A stretch of 32,000 nucleotides of DNA from contig LVZN01000056.1 in assembly GCA_001695645.1 (NCBI GenBank), positions 30,001 to 62,000 on the forward strand, read 5' to 3'. The DNA comes from Erysipelotrichaceae bacterium MTC7 (GTDB lineage: Bacteria; Bacillota_I; Bacilli_A; Erysipelotrichales; Erysipelotrichaceae). Within the stretch, counting starts at the first letter, position 1. The number at the start of each line of letters is the position of its first letter. A model generated the notes under the pieces. It was not told where the DNA came from, did no database searches, and saw only the letters and a program-made list of their open reading frames with translations. Of the stretch, positions 17,066 through 26,396 are shown one piece after another. The translations under genes and the position numbers were made by a program.

Positions 17066-19165
17066 ATGAGAACTAACGTTACTGAGATTTTTGGATCGAT
17101 GGTTTTCGACGATCGTTGTATGAAGGCAAAACTGCCTAAAGACATCTACAAGAAATACAAAGCGACGATTGAAGAAGGTAAACCACTTGATCCAGAATGT
17201 GCAAACACAATTGCAACAGCAATGAAAGACTGGGCAATTGAAAACGGTGCAACGCACTACACACACTGGTTCCAACCTATGACCGGTATTACTGCCGAAA
17301 AACATGACGCCTTCATCGCACCTAGTGGTGATGGAAGTATCATTATGGAGTTTTCTGGTAAGGAGTTAATCAAGGGTGAACCGGATGCTTCAAGTTTCCC
17401 AAACGGTGGGTTGCGTGATACTTATGAAGCGCGTGGATACACAGGATGGGATCCAACATCATGTGTCTTTATTAAAGAAGGTATCTTATGTATTCCAAGT
17501 GTATTTATGTCATACAATGGTGAATCACTTGATAAAAAGACCCCACTATTAAAAACCCAAGAATTATTAAACCGTCAAGCGTTGCGTATCCTTAAACTTT
17601 TTGGTAAACAAGATGTTAAGCGTGTGAACACAACTGTCGGAGCTGAACAAGAATATTTCTTGATTGATAAAAATCTGTGGGATAAGCGGAAAGACTTAAT
17701 CTATACAGGGCGTACCCTTTACGGTGCACGTCCACCAAAAACACAAGAGCTTGATGACCACTACTTTGGTGTATTAAAACCAAAAGTTGCACGTTTCATG
17801 GATGACTTGAACGTTGAACTTTGGAAGCTTGGTGTACTTGCAAAAACGCAACATAACGAAGTTGCTCCTGCACAACATGAACTTGCGCCAATCTTTACAC
17901 TTACAAACGTGGCAACAGATCAAAACCAATTGACAATGGAAATCATGAAGAAAGTTGCCTTACGTCATGGACTTGTTTGTCTCCTTCACGAAAAACCGTT
18001 TGCTGGTATTAACGGATCAGGAAAACACAACAACTGGTCAATGGCAACAGACCAAGGTGAAAACTTATTGGAACCAGGTGCAACACCAGAAGAAAATGCA
18101 CAATTCCTATTGGTACTTGCAGCCCTAGTTAAAGCCGTTGATGAAAACCAAGATTTATTGCGCATCTCGGTTGCAAGTGCAGGAAACGATCACCGACTTG
18201 GAGCACAAGAAGCACCTCCTGCAATTATTTCAATTTTTACAGGAACGGATTTAGAATCAATCATTGAATGCATTATTGAAGATAAACCACAATGCAGTCA
18301 CAATGCAGGAAAAATCGAAATTGGTGTTGACTCTTTACCAGAATTTAAGAAAGACAATACAGACCGTAACCGAACATCACCGTTTGCCTTTACAGGAAAT
18401 AAATTCGAATTCCGTATGCTTGGTTCACAACTATCGATTTCTTGTCCAAACATCATGCTTAACACAATTGTGGCCCAGTCATTCAAAGAATTTGCAGATC
18501 GCTTAGAAAATGCAACGGACTTGCAAAAAGACTTGCACGATCTTATCAAAGAGACATTCACAAAACACAAACGTATCATCTTTAACGGAAACGGTTATGA
18601 TGAAAGTTGGGTAGTTGAAGCAAAAGCACGTGGTCTGTTAAACCTAAGAACGACATACGAAGCACTTCCACATTACATGGATAAGAAAAACGTTGAACTG
18701 TTCACTTCAAATAACATCTACACAGTCAATGAAATGAAAGCACGTATGGATGTCCTAATTGAAGAATACTCAAAAGCAATTAACATTGAAGCCGAAACAA
18801 TGGTGAACATGTCAAAGAAAAACATCATTCCTTCAGTTTTGAAATACATTAAAGATTTAAGTGAAACAGTTGCGACAAAAAAAGCAATTGCAACGGATCT
18901 TGATTGTACAGTCGAAGAAGCAATGCTTGTAAAAATCAACAAACTAATCACTACCGTATACACAAAAACGGAAGCACTAGCAGATGATATTGTCGCTGCG
19001 AATGGCATTTCAGATATTATTGAAAATGCAACATACTATGGAGAAAGCGTCTTAGCAAAAATGGTTGACCTCCGTGCTGTTGTTGACGAAATTGAACAAA
19101 ACTGTTCAAAAGAATACTGGCCATTCCCTTCTTATGGAGACTTACTTTACTCTGTAGCTGATTAG
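17066..19165 (+). CDS. glnN: glutamine synthetase, type III
   Basis: The protein is 699 aa. The N-terminus FGSMVFDDRCMKAKLPKDIYKKYKATIEEGKPLD, plus GAEQEYFLID, QHNEVAPAQHELAPIF, HEKPFAGINGSGKHNNWS and NRTSPFAFTGNKFEFR, are GSIII hallmarks. RBS AGGAGGAG precedes the start. Confidence 0.95.
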   Translation: MRTNVTEIFGSMVFDDRCMKAKLPKDIYKKYKATIEEGKPLDPECANTIATAMKDWAIENGATHYTHWFQPMTGITAEKHDAFIAPSGDGSIIMEFSGKELIKGEPDASSFPNGGLRDTYEARGYTGWDPTSCVFIKEGILCIPSVFMSYNGESLDKKTPLLKTQELLNRQALRILKLFGKQDVKRVNTTVGAEQEYFLIDKNLWDKRKDLIYTGRTLYGARPPKTQELDDHYFGVLKPKVARFMDDLNVELWKLGVLAKTQHNEVAPAQHELAPIFTLTNVATDQNQLTMEIMKKVALRHGLVCLLHEKPFAGINGSGKHNNWSMATDQGENLLEPGATPEENAQFLLVLAALVKAVDENQDLLRISVASAGNDHRLGAQEAPPAIISIFTGTDLESIIECIIEDKPQCSHNAGKIEIGVDSLPEFKKDNTDRNRTSPFAFTGNKFEFRMLGSQLSISCPNIMLNTIVAQSFKEFADRLENATDLQKDLHDLIKETFTKHKRIIFNGNGYDESWVVEAKARGLLNLRTTYEALPHYMDKKNVELFTSNNIYTVNEMKARMDVLIEEYSKAINIEAETMVNMSKKNIIPSVLKYIKDLSETVATKKAIATDLDCTVEEAMLVKINKLITTVYTKTEALADDIVAANGISDIIENATYYGESVLAKMVDLRAVVDEIEQNCSKEYWPFPSYGDLLYSVAD

Positions 19166-19171
19166 CCAAAG

Positions 19172-19202
19172 AAAAAAACTTACCTAGATGGGTAAGTTTT
19201 TT
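19172..19202. terminator. bidirectional terminator between glnN and the convergent hypothetical gene
   Basis: AAAAAAACTTACC-tagatg-GGTAAGTTTTTT is a hairpin flanked by A and T runs. Confidence 0.75.
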
Positions 19203-19923
19203 ATATGTCGATACTTACAGTCCGTTTAAAGACCAAGTTGTAATCGTTAAAATTAAAGCTCAGTGAGAAGATATAATTACCGCTTGTCACTTGGGATAAA
19301 TCAAACGTGTAATAATCTTTGATTTGTTGGTAATCTCCATCATCCTTGACAGTTTCACTTTTCACAAAACTCAATGGAATGACACCCTTTTGATTTAAGG
19401 TGTAGGAAACCATCGGTGTTCGTGGTTTTTGTTCCTTTTGCACAAAGTACATCGTTTCCATATATAGTATGTTTCCTTCCAGGCGTTGGTTGACTTGGAA
19501 GTTCAACACTTCATCAATGTAACGATACAAACGTTTCTCTAATACGCGACCATTTCCTAAAGTGACTTTTAAAGTGAATTCATTATTTCCAGTCTTTATT
19601 CCACTTTGAAATAACGGAGTTGAGAACACCGCTTGGTTGGTTACATCTTTTAACAAGGTAATATCATGAAAAATCTCAACTTTAGAGATACTTTCGTTTC
19701 CTTGGTTAACCCCCCAATGAAAAGTTAAGTCATTCGCTGAAGTTAACTTTAGTGAAAAGTTAGAAATGTTAGCAGCTTGCTCATTATCATTTCCTCCAAC
19801 ATTTGCATCCGTACTTTTGTTTGGTTCCAAAAATTGGATTAACAAAAATACAATGGAAACCAAAAGAACCGTTGCAAGAATAACAAAGACCTTATTACGT
19901 TTAATAAACTCCATGGACTTCAC
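19201..19923 (-). CDS. hypothetical membrane-anchored protein (N-terminal TM helix, ~200-aa beta-rich ectodomain)
   Basis: A 240-aa ORF with TM helix VFVILATVLLVSIVFLLIQF. I recognise no motif in the remainder. It is bounded by terminators on both sides. Confidence 0.55.
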   Translation of the reverse strand: MKSMEFIKRNKVFVILATVLLVSIVFLLIQFLEPNKSTDANVGGNDNEQAANISNFSLKLTSANDLTFHWGVNQGNESISKVEIFHDITLLKDVTNQAVFSTPLFQSGIKTGNNEFTLKVTLGNGRVLEKRLYRYIDEVLNFQVNQRLEGNILYMETMYFVQKEQKPRTPMVSYTLNQKGVIPLSFVKSETVKDDGDYQQIKDYYTFDLSQVTSGNYIFSLSFNFNDYNLVFKRTVSIDI

Positions 19924-19989
19924 ACTCCTTGTATTGATTATACCATAGATTGCCCTATTGGTTTATGCTTTCTATATCTACCGCTATGC

Positions 19990-20022
19990 AAAAAAACTTA
20001 GAACTGAACTGTTCTAAGCTTT
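19990..20022 (-). terminator. rho-independent terminator after metQ
   Basis: The minus strand reads CTTAGAAC-agttca-GTTCTAAG followed by TTTTTTT. Confidence 0.7.
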
Positions 20023-20033
20023 CTTTTGATTTA

Positions 20034-20861
20034 TTAGTCAAATGCTGGAATTACTAGATCCCCGTATTGTTTTTCAATAAAAGTTTTAACTTTTTCTGAT
20101 TCTAACGCTTTGATTAACGCTTTAATCTTTTTACTTGATTCATTGCCTTTTTTTACAGCAATGATATTTGCATACTTTAAGGCACCTTCAGAATCTTTTG
20201 TTTCCGCAACAATCAATTTCTTCTCTACTTTGTTAGTTAGTGCATAGTTTCCATTAATCACTGCGTAATCAACATCTGGTAAAGTCGCTGGGATTCCTGC
20301 TGCTTCAACTTCTTTAATTGTTACATTTTTGGGGTTATCGGTAATATCAAGTACGGTTGAATTTAAGTTGTTACTATCTTTGATTTTAATAACCCCTTTT
20401 TCTTGCAACAACAATAACGCACGATATTCATTTGATGGATCGTTTGGAATTGTAATTGTTGCCCCTTCTTTTACATCAGCAACTGAGAAGTCTGCATTTG
20501 GTTTCTTGTTATCTTTTGCATAGATTCCAAGTGGTTCAATGTGGATTTTAGCAACTGATACTAAGTCTGTTCCATTGTCTTTATTGAAACTGTCTAGGTA
20601 TGGTTGGTGTTGGAAATAGTTTGCATCAATTTCGCCATCATCAACCACTGTGTTAGGTAAAATGTAGTCATCAAATACTTTCACATCTAACGTATACCCT
20701 TCTTTTTGTAAATCATCTTTGATTTCTTCTAAAATCTCTGCATGTGGTGTTGCACTTGCAGCAACTGTAATGGTTTCTAAGTCATCACTTGCAGAATCGC
20801 TTGCACCACAACCTGCTAGTACCAACAATCCAACAACTAAACTCGTAATAATTTTTTTCAT
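20034..20861 (-). CDS. metQ: methionine ABC transporter substrate-binding lipoprotein (NlpA/MetQ family)
   Basis: The lipobox is LVLAGC|GAS. NlpA-family body motifs are present (DANYFQHQPYL, IPNDPSNEYRALLLL). It is last in the metN-metI-metQ order. Confidence 0.9.
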   Translation of the reverse strand: MKKIITSLVVGLLVLAGCGASDSASDDLETITVAASATPHAEILEEIKDDLQKEGYTLDVKVFDDYILPNTVVDDGEIDANYFQHQPYLDSFNKDNGTDLVSVAKIHIEPLGIYAKDNKKPNADFSVADVKEGATITIPNDPSNEYRALLLLQEKGVIKIKDSNNLNSTVLDITDNPKNVTIKEVEAAGIPATLPDVDYAVINGNYALTNKVEKKLIVAETKDSEGALKYANIIAVKKGNESSKKIKALIKALESEKVKTFIEKQYGDLVIPAFD

Positions 20862-20887
20862 GTTCTTATCCTCCTAATGATAAACAC

Positions 20888-21625
20888 TTAATGTGTAAGT
20901 TTTTTTGCAAAATAATTCGCACTTGATTCAATAATGACAACAATCAACAAGATAATGACCACTGTTGTCCATGTTGCATCAACTTCTTGTGATTGATATC
21001 CGTAACGAATGGCAAAAGCTCCTAAACCTCCACCACCAACTTGTCCAGCCATGGCTGTTAGTCCAAGTGCAGAAACTAACGTCATCGAAATGGAACGAAT
21101 GAGTCCGGGTATACTTTCTCTTAGGTATACTCTAGTTATGATTTGAAAGGGGGAGTCCCCCATTGAGATACTTGCCTCAATCAGCCCAGAATCAACATCT
21201 GCCAAAGCACTTTGAACCTGCCTAGCGAAGAATGGGATGATTCCAAATACCAAAGTGACAATCATTCCTAACGTTCCTGTAGCCGTTCCTACAAGCAATC
21301 TTGATAATCCCATCATTAAGGGTATCAAAATAACAAAAGGTACCGCGCGAAAGAAGTTAATAAACTTATCAAAAATGAAGTATAGTACTTTATTTTCTAA
21401 CAATCCATCCTTGTTGGTAACCGTCACGATGACTCCAACAACCAAACCCAAAACTAGGGCAATACTTCCAGAAATCAGAAGCATCCAAATGGTTTCCCAT
21501 GTTGCTTGGACCAAACCACGAATCATGATTGGATTGTTCATGAATTCCATTGGTAAGAAATTGTTGATTAACTCAATGATCTTGCCAATGATAAATTCAA
21601 CGATATGTGAGATTTGACTTCCCAT
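20888..21625 (-). CDS. metI: methionine ABC transporter permease
   Basis: It is a multi-TM protein with an EAA-like loop (IEASISMGDSPFQIITRVYLRES). Its ATG overlaps the metN stop (TAATG). Confidence 0.9.
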   Translation of the reverse strand: MGSQISHIVEFIIGKIIELINNFLPMEFMNNPIMIRGLVQATWETIWMLLISGSIALVLGLVVGVIVTVTNKDGLLENKVLYFIFDKFINFFRAVPFVILIPLMMGLSRLLVGTATGTLGMIVTLVFGIIPFFARQVQSALADVDSGLIEASISMGDSPFQIITRVYLRESIPGLIRSISMTLVSALGLTAMAGQVGGGGLGAFAIRYGYQSQEVDATWTTVVIILLIVVIIESSANYFAKKLTH

Positions 21626-22659
21626 TAGTTTAGCACCTCAACTTTCACACCTTGTTCTTTAATATAACGAACTGCTGCATTGCGATCAGTTTCACTTCCT
21701 TTTAATTTCACCACCAAGTTTCCAATTGGCGTAGAACTTAAGATTTCAACATTGGCAAAGACAATGTTAAATTCCAAGTTGAAGCGATTGACCAATTCTG
21801 ACATCATCGGTTCATCGGTGTTACTTGAACCGTAAGTTAAACGCAACATGATTTCATCATCCTCTAGTTTCACTAGTGGATTTTCTTCTTCAATCATTTC
21901 ATATATTTCATTAATCGATGTTGTCGTATTAATGAAGTTTTTTGTTGTTTGATTTTGTGGATTGCTAAAGATATCCAAGATATTTCCTTGTTCAACAACC
22001 ACACCAGCTTCCATAATCGCAACCCGATTACAGATTTGTTTCACTACAGCCATCTCATGGGTAATGATGATAATTGTGACATTTAGTTTCTCATTTACTT
22101 GTTTAAGTAATTGAAGAATGGATTGTGTTGTTTGTGGGTCAAGAGCACTTGTTGCTTCATCACAAAGTAAGATACTTGGATCATTTGCCAATGCTCTTGC
22201 AATCGCAACTCTTTGTTTTTGCCCGCCAGACAATTGACTTGGATATGCTTTGGCCTTATCTGCCAGTTCGACAAGTTCTAATAGTTCTTTAACCTTTGCC
22301 TCAATTTCTACTTTGCTTTTTCCACTACCTTTTAATGGATATGCAATGTTTTGTGCAACCGTTCTAGAGCGCATCAAATTAAAGTGTTGAAAGATCATAC
22401 CAATTTTTTTGCGTTCTTCACGTAAACTTTTTGCTGGTAGTTCTAACAAGTTTTTACCGTTCACCCATACTTCTCCGCTTGTTGGTCGTTCCAATAAGTT
22501 CACACAACGAATCAACGTACTTTTTCCAGCACCACTAAATCCAATGACACCAAAGATATCACCAGCTTCTACTTGCAAAGAAACATCTTTTACTGCATGC
22601 ACATCTTGTTCTTTTACTTGAAACGTTTTCGAGATGTGTTTTAAGACAACCTTTTCCAT
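21625..22659 (-). CDS. metN: methionine ABC transporter ATP-binding protein with C-terminal NIL domain
   Basis: Walker A is GFSGAGKST, the signature is LSGGQKQRVAIARAL and Walker B is ILLCDEATSALD. The C-terminal ~100 aa look like a NIL/ACT-like regulatory domain. Confidence 0.95.
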   Translation of the reverse strand: MEKVVLKHISKTFQVKEQDVHAVKDVSLQVEAGDIFGVIGFSGAGKSTLIRCVNLLERPTSGEVWVNGKNLLELPAKSLREERKKIGMIFQHFNLMRSRTVAQNIAYPLKGSGKSKVEIEAKVKELLELVELADKAKAYPSQLSGGQKQRVAIARALANDPSILLCDEATSALDPQTTQSILQLLKQVNEKLNVTIIIITHEMAVVKQICNRVAIMEAGVVVEQGNILDIFSNPQNQTTKNFINTTTSINEIYEMIEEENPLVKLEDDEIMLRLTYGSSNTDEPMMSELVNRFNLEFNIVFANVEILSSTPIGNLVVKLKGSETDRNAAVRYIKEQGVKVEVLN

Positions 22660-22671
22660 ATATCCTCCAAA

Positions 22672-22932
22672 TCATTAAAAAAACATTCATCCATAAGGAC
22701 GAATGTTATCGCGTTACCACCTTAATTCGTTATTGCATCACTACAACAACCTCTTCAAGTTCTATCAAACTCTAGCACGCTAACGGGTGCAACCGGTACA
22801 ATCTAAAGTAAACTCTCAACTGTACTACTCCAAGACCATATTCAAGTTCGACTCGTCATATCCCTTTTCACCAACCGGGACTCTCTATGAAGACTTTTGA
22901 TACTCTACTCTTCTTTTCATCGTATTTGTATT
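22672..22932 (-). ncRNA. T-box riboswitch leader (probable Met/AUG specifier) controlling metNIQ
   Basis: All elements are on the minus strand. The promoter is TTGACA (22967..22962)-17-TAAAAT (22944..22939). Stem I elements are AGAGAG...GGTGAAA. The specifier-loop context is TTGAAT-ATG-G...GGAGTAG, with ATG at 22839..22837. The T-box sequence AATTAAGGTGGTAACGCG lies at 22727..22710. The terminator AACATTCGTCC-ttat-GGATGAATGTT plus TTTTT lies at 22707..22677, just before the metN RBS GGAGGA. Confidence 0.8.
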
Positions 22933-23052
22933 GAGTTTATTTTATGACATAAGCATTTTCTTGTCAACAGGTTTTATAAATCTTTGACAAAACAATTTTC
23001 GAATTCATCACATTCATTGGTTTGCAACTCCATTTTATGGCATAATATACCT

Positions 23053-23814
23053 ATGATAAATTTTATTCGAAAATGGTGGCGTCGTAAGTTTTATAAAAGA
23101 CCGGTCGTCCTGTGCATTCATGGCTTTGGACATCGTCGCAGCCACGAGTATGACAATTTTAAATTATGGGGTAATGAAGATTACGAGTTTGTGACCTTCG
23201 ATATCTTTGATGATTATAATGAAGAGGATACACAAGCGGACCTCTGGATTCAACGTTGCGAACAAAAAATAGAAGAACTGTTGCGACAACATGAAGATGT
23301 GTATGTCATTGGGTTTTCCATGGGTGGTGTGCTAGCCAGTCATTTGGCAAGTAAGTATCCTGTACGAAAACTCACATTACTTGCTCCTGCCTTTGAATAC
23401 ATCAGTGCAAAAACCGTGCTTGAAGTTGTTAGCAAGTTACTAACCCAACAAAAAAATCCAACCGACATGTCCGTCAAGCATACCCAAGCATTTCGTGAGG
23501 TCGTTAGTTTATGCAAAGATGACATTGCAAGTGTTTCGTGTCCCGTCCTATTCATACATGGGGATGTCGACCCTGTGATTCCCGTACGAAGTAGTATCAA
23601 CGCATATAACAAAGTCAAACACAACGAAAAACGCTTATGTATCTTGCACGAAGGGGTGCACCGCTTGATGTTAATGGAAAACACAAACAATGAAGTATAT
23701 GAACTGTTTGATGCATTTATGCACAATCGCATCGTTACCAAAGTTCGACCACAAGCATTTGATCCATATGCAAAGCAAGAACAAGTAGAACCAGAACAAC
23801 CCATTGATAAATAA
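23053..23814 (+). CDS. alpha/beta hydrolase (esterase/lipase-type serine hydrolase)
   Basis: PVVLCIHGFGH is the oxyanion-region motif, GFSMGG is the GxSxG nucleophile elbow, FIHGDVDPVIP supplies the Asp and GVHRL the His. The start is uncertain. The ORF-track TTG at 22984 adds 23 aa with no RBS, and ATG 23053 also lacks an SD but sits 7 nt after an extended -10. Confidence 0.75.
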   Translation: MINFIRKWWRRKFYKRPVVLCIHGFGHRRSHEYDNFKLWGNEDYEFVTFDIFDDYNEEDTQADLWIQRCEQKIEELLRQHEDVYVIGFSMGGVLASHLASKYPVRKLTLLAPAFEYISAKTVLEVVSKLLTQQKNPTDMSVKHTQAFREVVSLCKDDIASVSCPVLFIHGDVDPVIPVRSSINAYNKVKHNEKRLCILHEGVHRLMLMENTNNEVYELFDAFMHNRIVTKVRPQAFDPYAKQEQVEPEQPIDK

Positions 23815-23845
23815 AACTCACATCATTTAGATGCGAGTTTTTTTT
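23813..23845. terminator. bidirectional terminator between the hydrolase and oleate hydratase genes
   Basis: AAAACTCACATC-attta-GATGCGAGTTTTTTTT forms a stem with one mismatch. Confidence 0.7.
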
Positions 23846-25618
23846 CTACAATAATTTTGCCTTTTCTAACAATTCTTCAATGTAGGTACCTTTAATTTTT
23901 TTCATAAAGTGTTTGATCAAATGTTTTTCCACAAATGGTAACTCCATGTCTGCAAGTTTACGTTTATCGGATAAGTAGTAAACTGAATTTGCTAGTTCGC
24001 GGATATCGTAAGCTGAAGCAAAGACTTCAGGAACACCACGTTCTAAATCAAGCAATTGATACACAGCTTCCATTGCCGTACGAACAGAGTATTCTGTTGT
24101 AAATACGGTGTCGCGTTCTGTATCAGCAAAGTTACCAATAAAGGCAAGGTTTGTTGAATGATTTGGCACAACTAATGGACGATCACCAGGTTTGCGAACC
24201 ATGAAATACGATGTAATAAATGGCATATACACAGGGATAGACACACAAGAGTTTGTTGCCATTGCTTCAATTTCATTTTCTGGTACACCTAAGTGATACA
24301 TCAATTCTTCCGCAATTTCTTTACCTGTACACTCTTCAACTGGTTTTTTAATGTAGTTTCCAGGGACTCCTGAATACAATGCGTATACCCAAGCAACACT
24401 TTCATTTTCCTTTTGTTCCTTAAAGTGTGGTTGACGGTGCATTGTAAATGAAAGCATCCAGTTGGAATCTTTTACGGTGATAATTCCTCCAGTTACTACT
24501 TTTCCAGAACGCATTTTACGATGTGTTAAACGTTCTAAGTATGGTTCAATGTCGAAGTTTTCAAAAGTTACTGTAGCGGAAACATACCAACTTTTTTCTG
24601 GCAAGTTATCGCAGAATGCACTTGGATTTCCAAATTCTTTACTTTGTGAAGCAAGATTTTTCCATAGTTTCCAACTTCCACCAAGTTCATGTGTAATTCG
24701 AGCAGGTGTATTGTGATCCCCTTGTGTTGAACTTTCAGTGATGGAACCATTTGTCACAAACACCAAATCGTTTTCACTAAGCACAACTTCTGTTGCCAAT
24801 CCATCTTTGGTCAGTTTTAAGATTTTCGCAGTTTTCTTATGTTCTGTGATATCCACAAGTACGTTATCGACTCTTGCATTCATTTGGAAATCAACACCAT
24901 GAGATTCTAGATAACTTAGAAGTGGTTTAACTAAAGATTCGTATTGGTTATATTTGGTGAATTTTAAAGCTGTAAAATCTGGTAATCCTTTGATATGGTG
25001 AATGAAACGCATAATGTAACGACGCATTTCAATTGCTGAATGCCATTTTTCAAATGCAAACATACTACTCCAATAGATCCAGAAATTTGAATTAAAGAAT
25101 TCATCACCAAAGACATCTTCAATTGTTTTATCTAGCAATTGGTCTTCACTTTTCATAAAGAGTTCAACAATTTCTTTTTGAGCTTGTTTAGATAAGGTAA
25201 ATTGTCCATCGTCTGCTACACGTTGTCCTCTATTTTCAATAATACGACAGTTTGATGAGTTTGGATCATCTTTATCCAACCAGTAGAATTCATCTAAAAC
25301 AGATGCATCATCAACTTCAAGTGAAGGAATGGAACGGAATAAATCCAATAGACATTCAAAGTGATTTTCCATTTCTCGACCACCGCGGACAACAAATCCA
25401 TCATGCGGAATAAACGTTCCATCAAGTGAACCACCATTAATTCCCAACTCTTCATAAATATGAATGTTGCTACCTTTCATTTGTCCATCACGAATCAAGA
25501 ATACAGCAGCAGCCAAACCGGCAAGTCCTGCACCAACAATATGTGCCGACTTATCGTCCACACCTTGTGGTTTTCTTGGTCTAGCAAATGCTTCATAATT
25601 TCCATTAGTGTATTTCAT
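23846..25618 (-). CDS. ohyA: oleate hydratase (MCRA family, FAD-dependent)
   Basis: [45 protein letters not shown] contains the GxGxxG FAD motif. The ~590-aa length and [16 protein letters not shown] are typical of MCRA-family oleate hydratases. Confidence 0.9.
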   Translation of the reverse strand: MKYTNGNYEAFARPRKPQGVDDKSAHIVGAGLAGLAAAVFLIRDGQMKGSNIHIYEELGINGGSLDGTFIPHDGFVVRGGREMENHFECLLDLFRSIPSLEVDDASVLDEFYWLDKDDPNSSNCRIIENRGQRVADDGQFTLSKQAQKEIVELFMKSEDQLLDKTIEDVFGDEFFNSNFWIYWSSMFAFEKWHSAIEMRRYIMRFIHHIKGLPDFTALKFTKYNQYESLVKPLLSYLESHGVDFQMNARVDNVLVDITEHKKTAKILKLTKDGLATEVVLSENDLVFVTNGSITESSTQGDHNTPARITHELGGSWKLWKNLASQSKEFGNPSAFCDNLPEKSWYVSATVTFENFDIEPYLERLTHRKMRSGKVVTGGIITVKDSNWMLSFTMHRQPHFKEQKENESVAWVYALYSGVPGNYIKKPVEECTGKEIAEELMYHLGVPENEIEAMATNSCVSIPVYMPFITSYFMVRKPGDRPLVVPNHSTNLAFIGNFADTERDTVFTTEYSVRTAMEAVYQLLDLERGVPEVFASAYDIRELANSVYYLSDKRKLADMELPFVEKHLIKHFMKKIKGTYIEELLEKAKLL

Positions 25619-25724
25619 ATGTTTCCTCCTTGTTAGTAATCTTTGCCTAGTATTTCATTGAGAATACTTTTTGTGCAAATGATTTATGTTCCAATTATAT
25701 TTAGAGTATGATGAAAGTACAATT

Positions 25725-25744
25725 ACCAGATTTTACAATCTGGT
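25725..25744. promoter_or_regulatory. palindromic operator candidate in the ohyA/TetR divergent region
   Basis: ACCAGATT-ttac-AATCTGGT has perfect 8-bp arms. It overlaps two TACAAT -10-like hexamers, 35 nt upstream of the TetR start. Confidence 0.4.
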
Positions 25745-25778
25745 GTGTGTAAAAGTGTAGACAAATTAGAGGTGACGT

Positions 25779-26360
25779 ATGGCAAGAACGCAAATAGAAA
25801 AAGGACTGCAAACCAAACAACATATTGATGAAACATTGCAGGCGATGATGATGGAAATGCCCTATCATAAACTAACCGTGCAAGAAGTCACGAAACGATG
25901 CAACATTCATCGAAAAACATTTTATATACACTACCCATCATTGGATGATTACTTTTTTAACTTGCAAGAGGAAATCTTCACGCAACTCATGGAAGTCAAT
26001 GATCGCAACTTTAAAGATGTTGATGAAATAGATTATGAATTACTGATGCGAGTCGTTTATGAATTCATCAACTGTAAGCCGGAGTTTTATAGTTTTTTGA
26101 TGCAGACCAATTCGTATATGTTTGTTTTTGATGGAGTAAAAAAACGTTATGTCAAACATGTCAAAACCTACATCCTTGATAAATACAAAAGTGATGATCG
26201 TGTGGCACAAATTATTTCAGCTTATGTTTTAGAGAACATTATTCATTGTTATCGCATGTGGCTAGAAAGCCCCGATGATATCAGTTTTGAGGAATATCAA
26301 AAACTTACAGCCAATTTGGTGTACCACGGCTTAAAAAGCTTAAATCAAGCGCATACGTAA
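25779..26360 (+). CDS. TetR/AcrR family transcriptional regulator
   Basis: The N-terminal HTH is YHKLTVQEVTKRCNIHRKTFYIHYPSLDDYF. The protein is 193 aa and is divergent from ohyA. RBS AGAGGTGA precedes the start. Confidence 0.85.
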   Translation: MARTQIEKGLQTKQHIDETLQAMMMEMPYHKLTVQEVTKRCNIHRKTFYIHYPSLDDYFFNLQEEIFTQLMEVNDRNFKDVDEIDYELLMRVVYEFINCKPEFYSFLMQTNSYMFVFDGVKKRYVKHVKTYILDKYKSDDRVAQIISAYVLENIIHCYRMWLESPDDISFEEYQKLTANLVYHGLKSLNQAHT

Positions 26361-26396
26361 AAAATGGAAACTATCACCTGATAGTTTCCATTTCTT
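26361..26396. terminator. bidirectional terminator between the TetR gene and pncB
   Basis: AAAAATGGAAACTATCA-cc-TGATAGTTTCCATTTCTTTT has a 12-13-bp stem. Confidence 0.75.

Noticed and set aside
17048-17305. 85-aa minus-strand ORF overlapping the glnN start and leader
   Set aside because: It is antisense to the glnN N-terminus, which has clear GSIII homology. It is Cys-rich, has no RBS, and would run through the leader terminator.
21237-21617. 126-aa plus-strand ORF inside metI. Similar cases are 23340..23804 (minus, inside the hydrolase), 27189..27602 (plus, inside pncB) and the many 60-95-aa ORFs inside the adhesin, pyrG, GS and ohyA genes
   Set aside because: All are antisense shadows of genes with strong family signatures, and none has a convincing SD or recognisable motif.
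22984-23052. TTG-initiated 23-aa extension of the hydrolase (MTKQFSNSSHSLVCNSILWHNIP)
   Set aside because: It has no RBS. It overlaps the divergent T-box promoter region, and the conserved hydrolase fold begins after ATG 23053.
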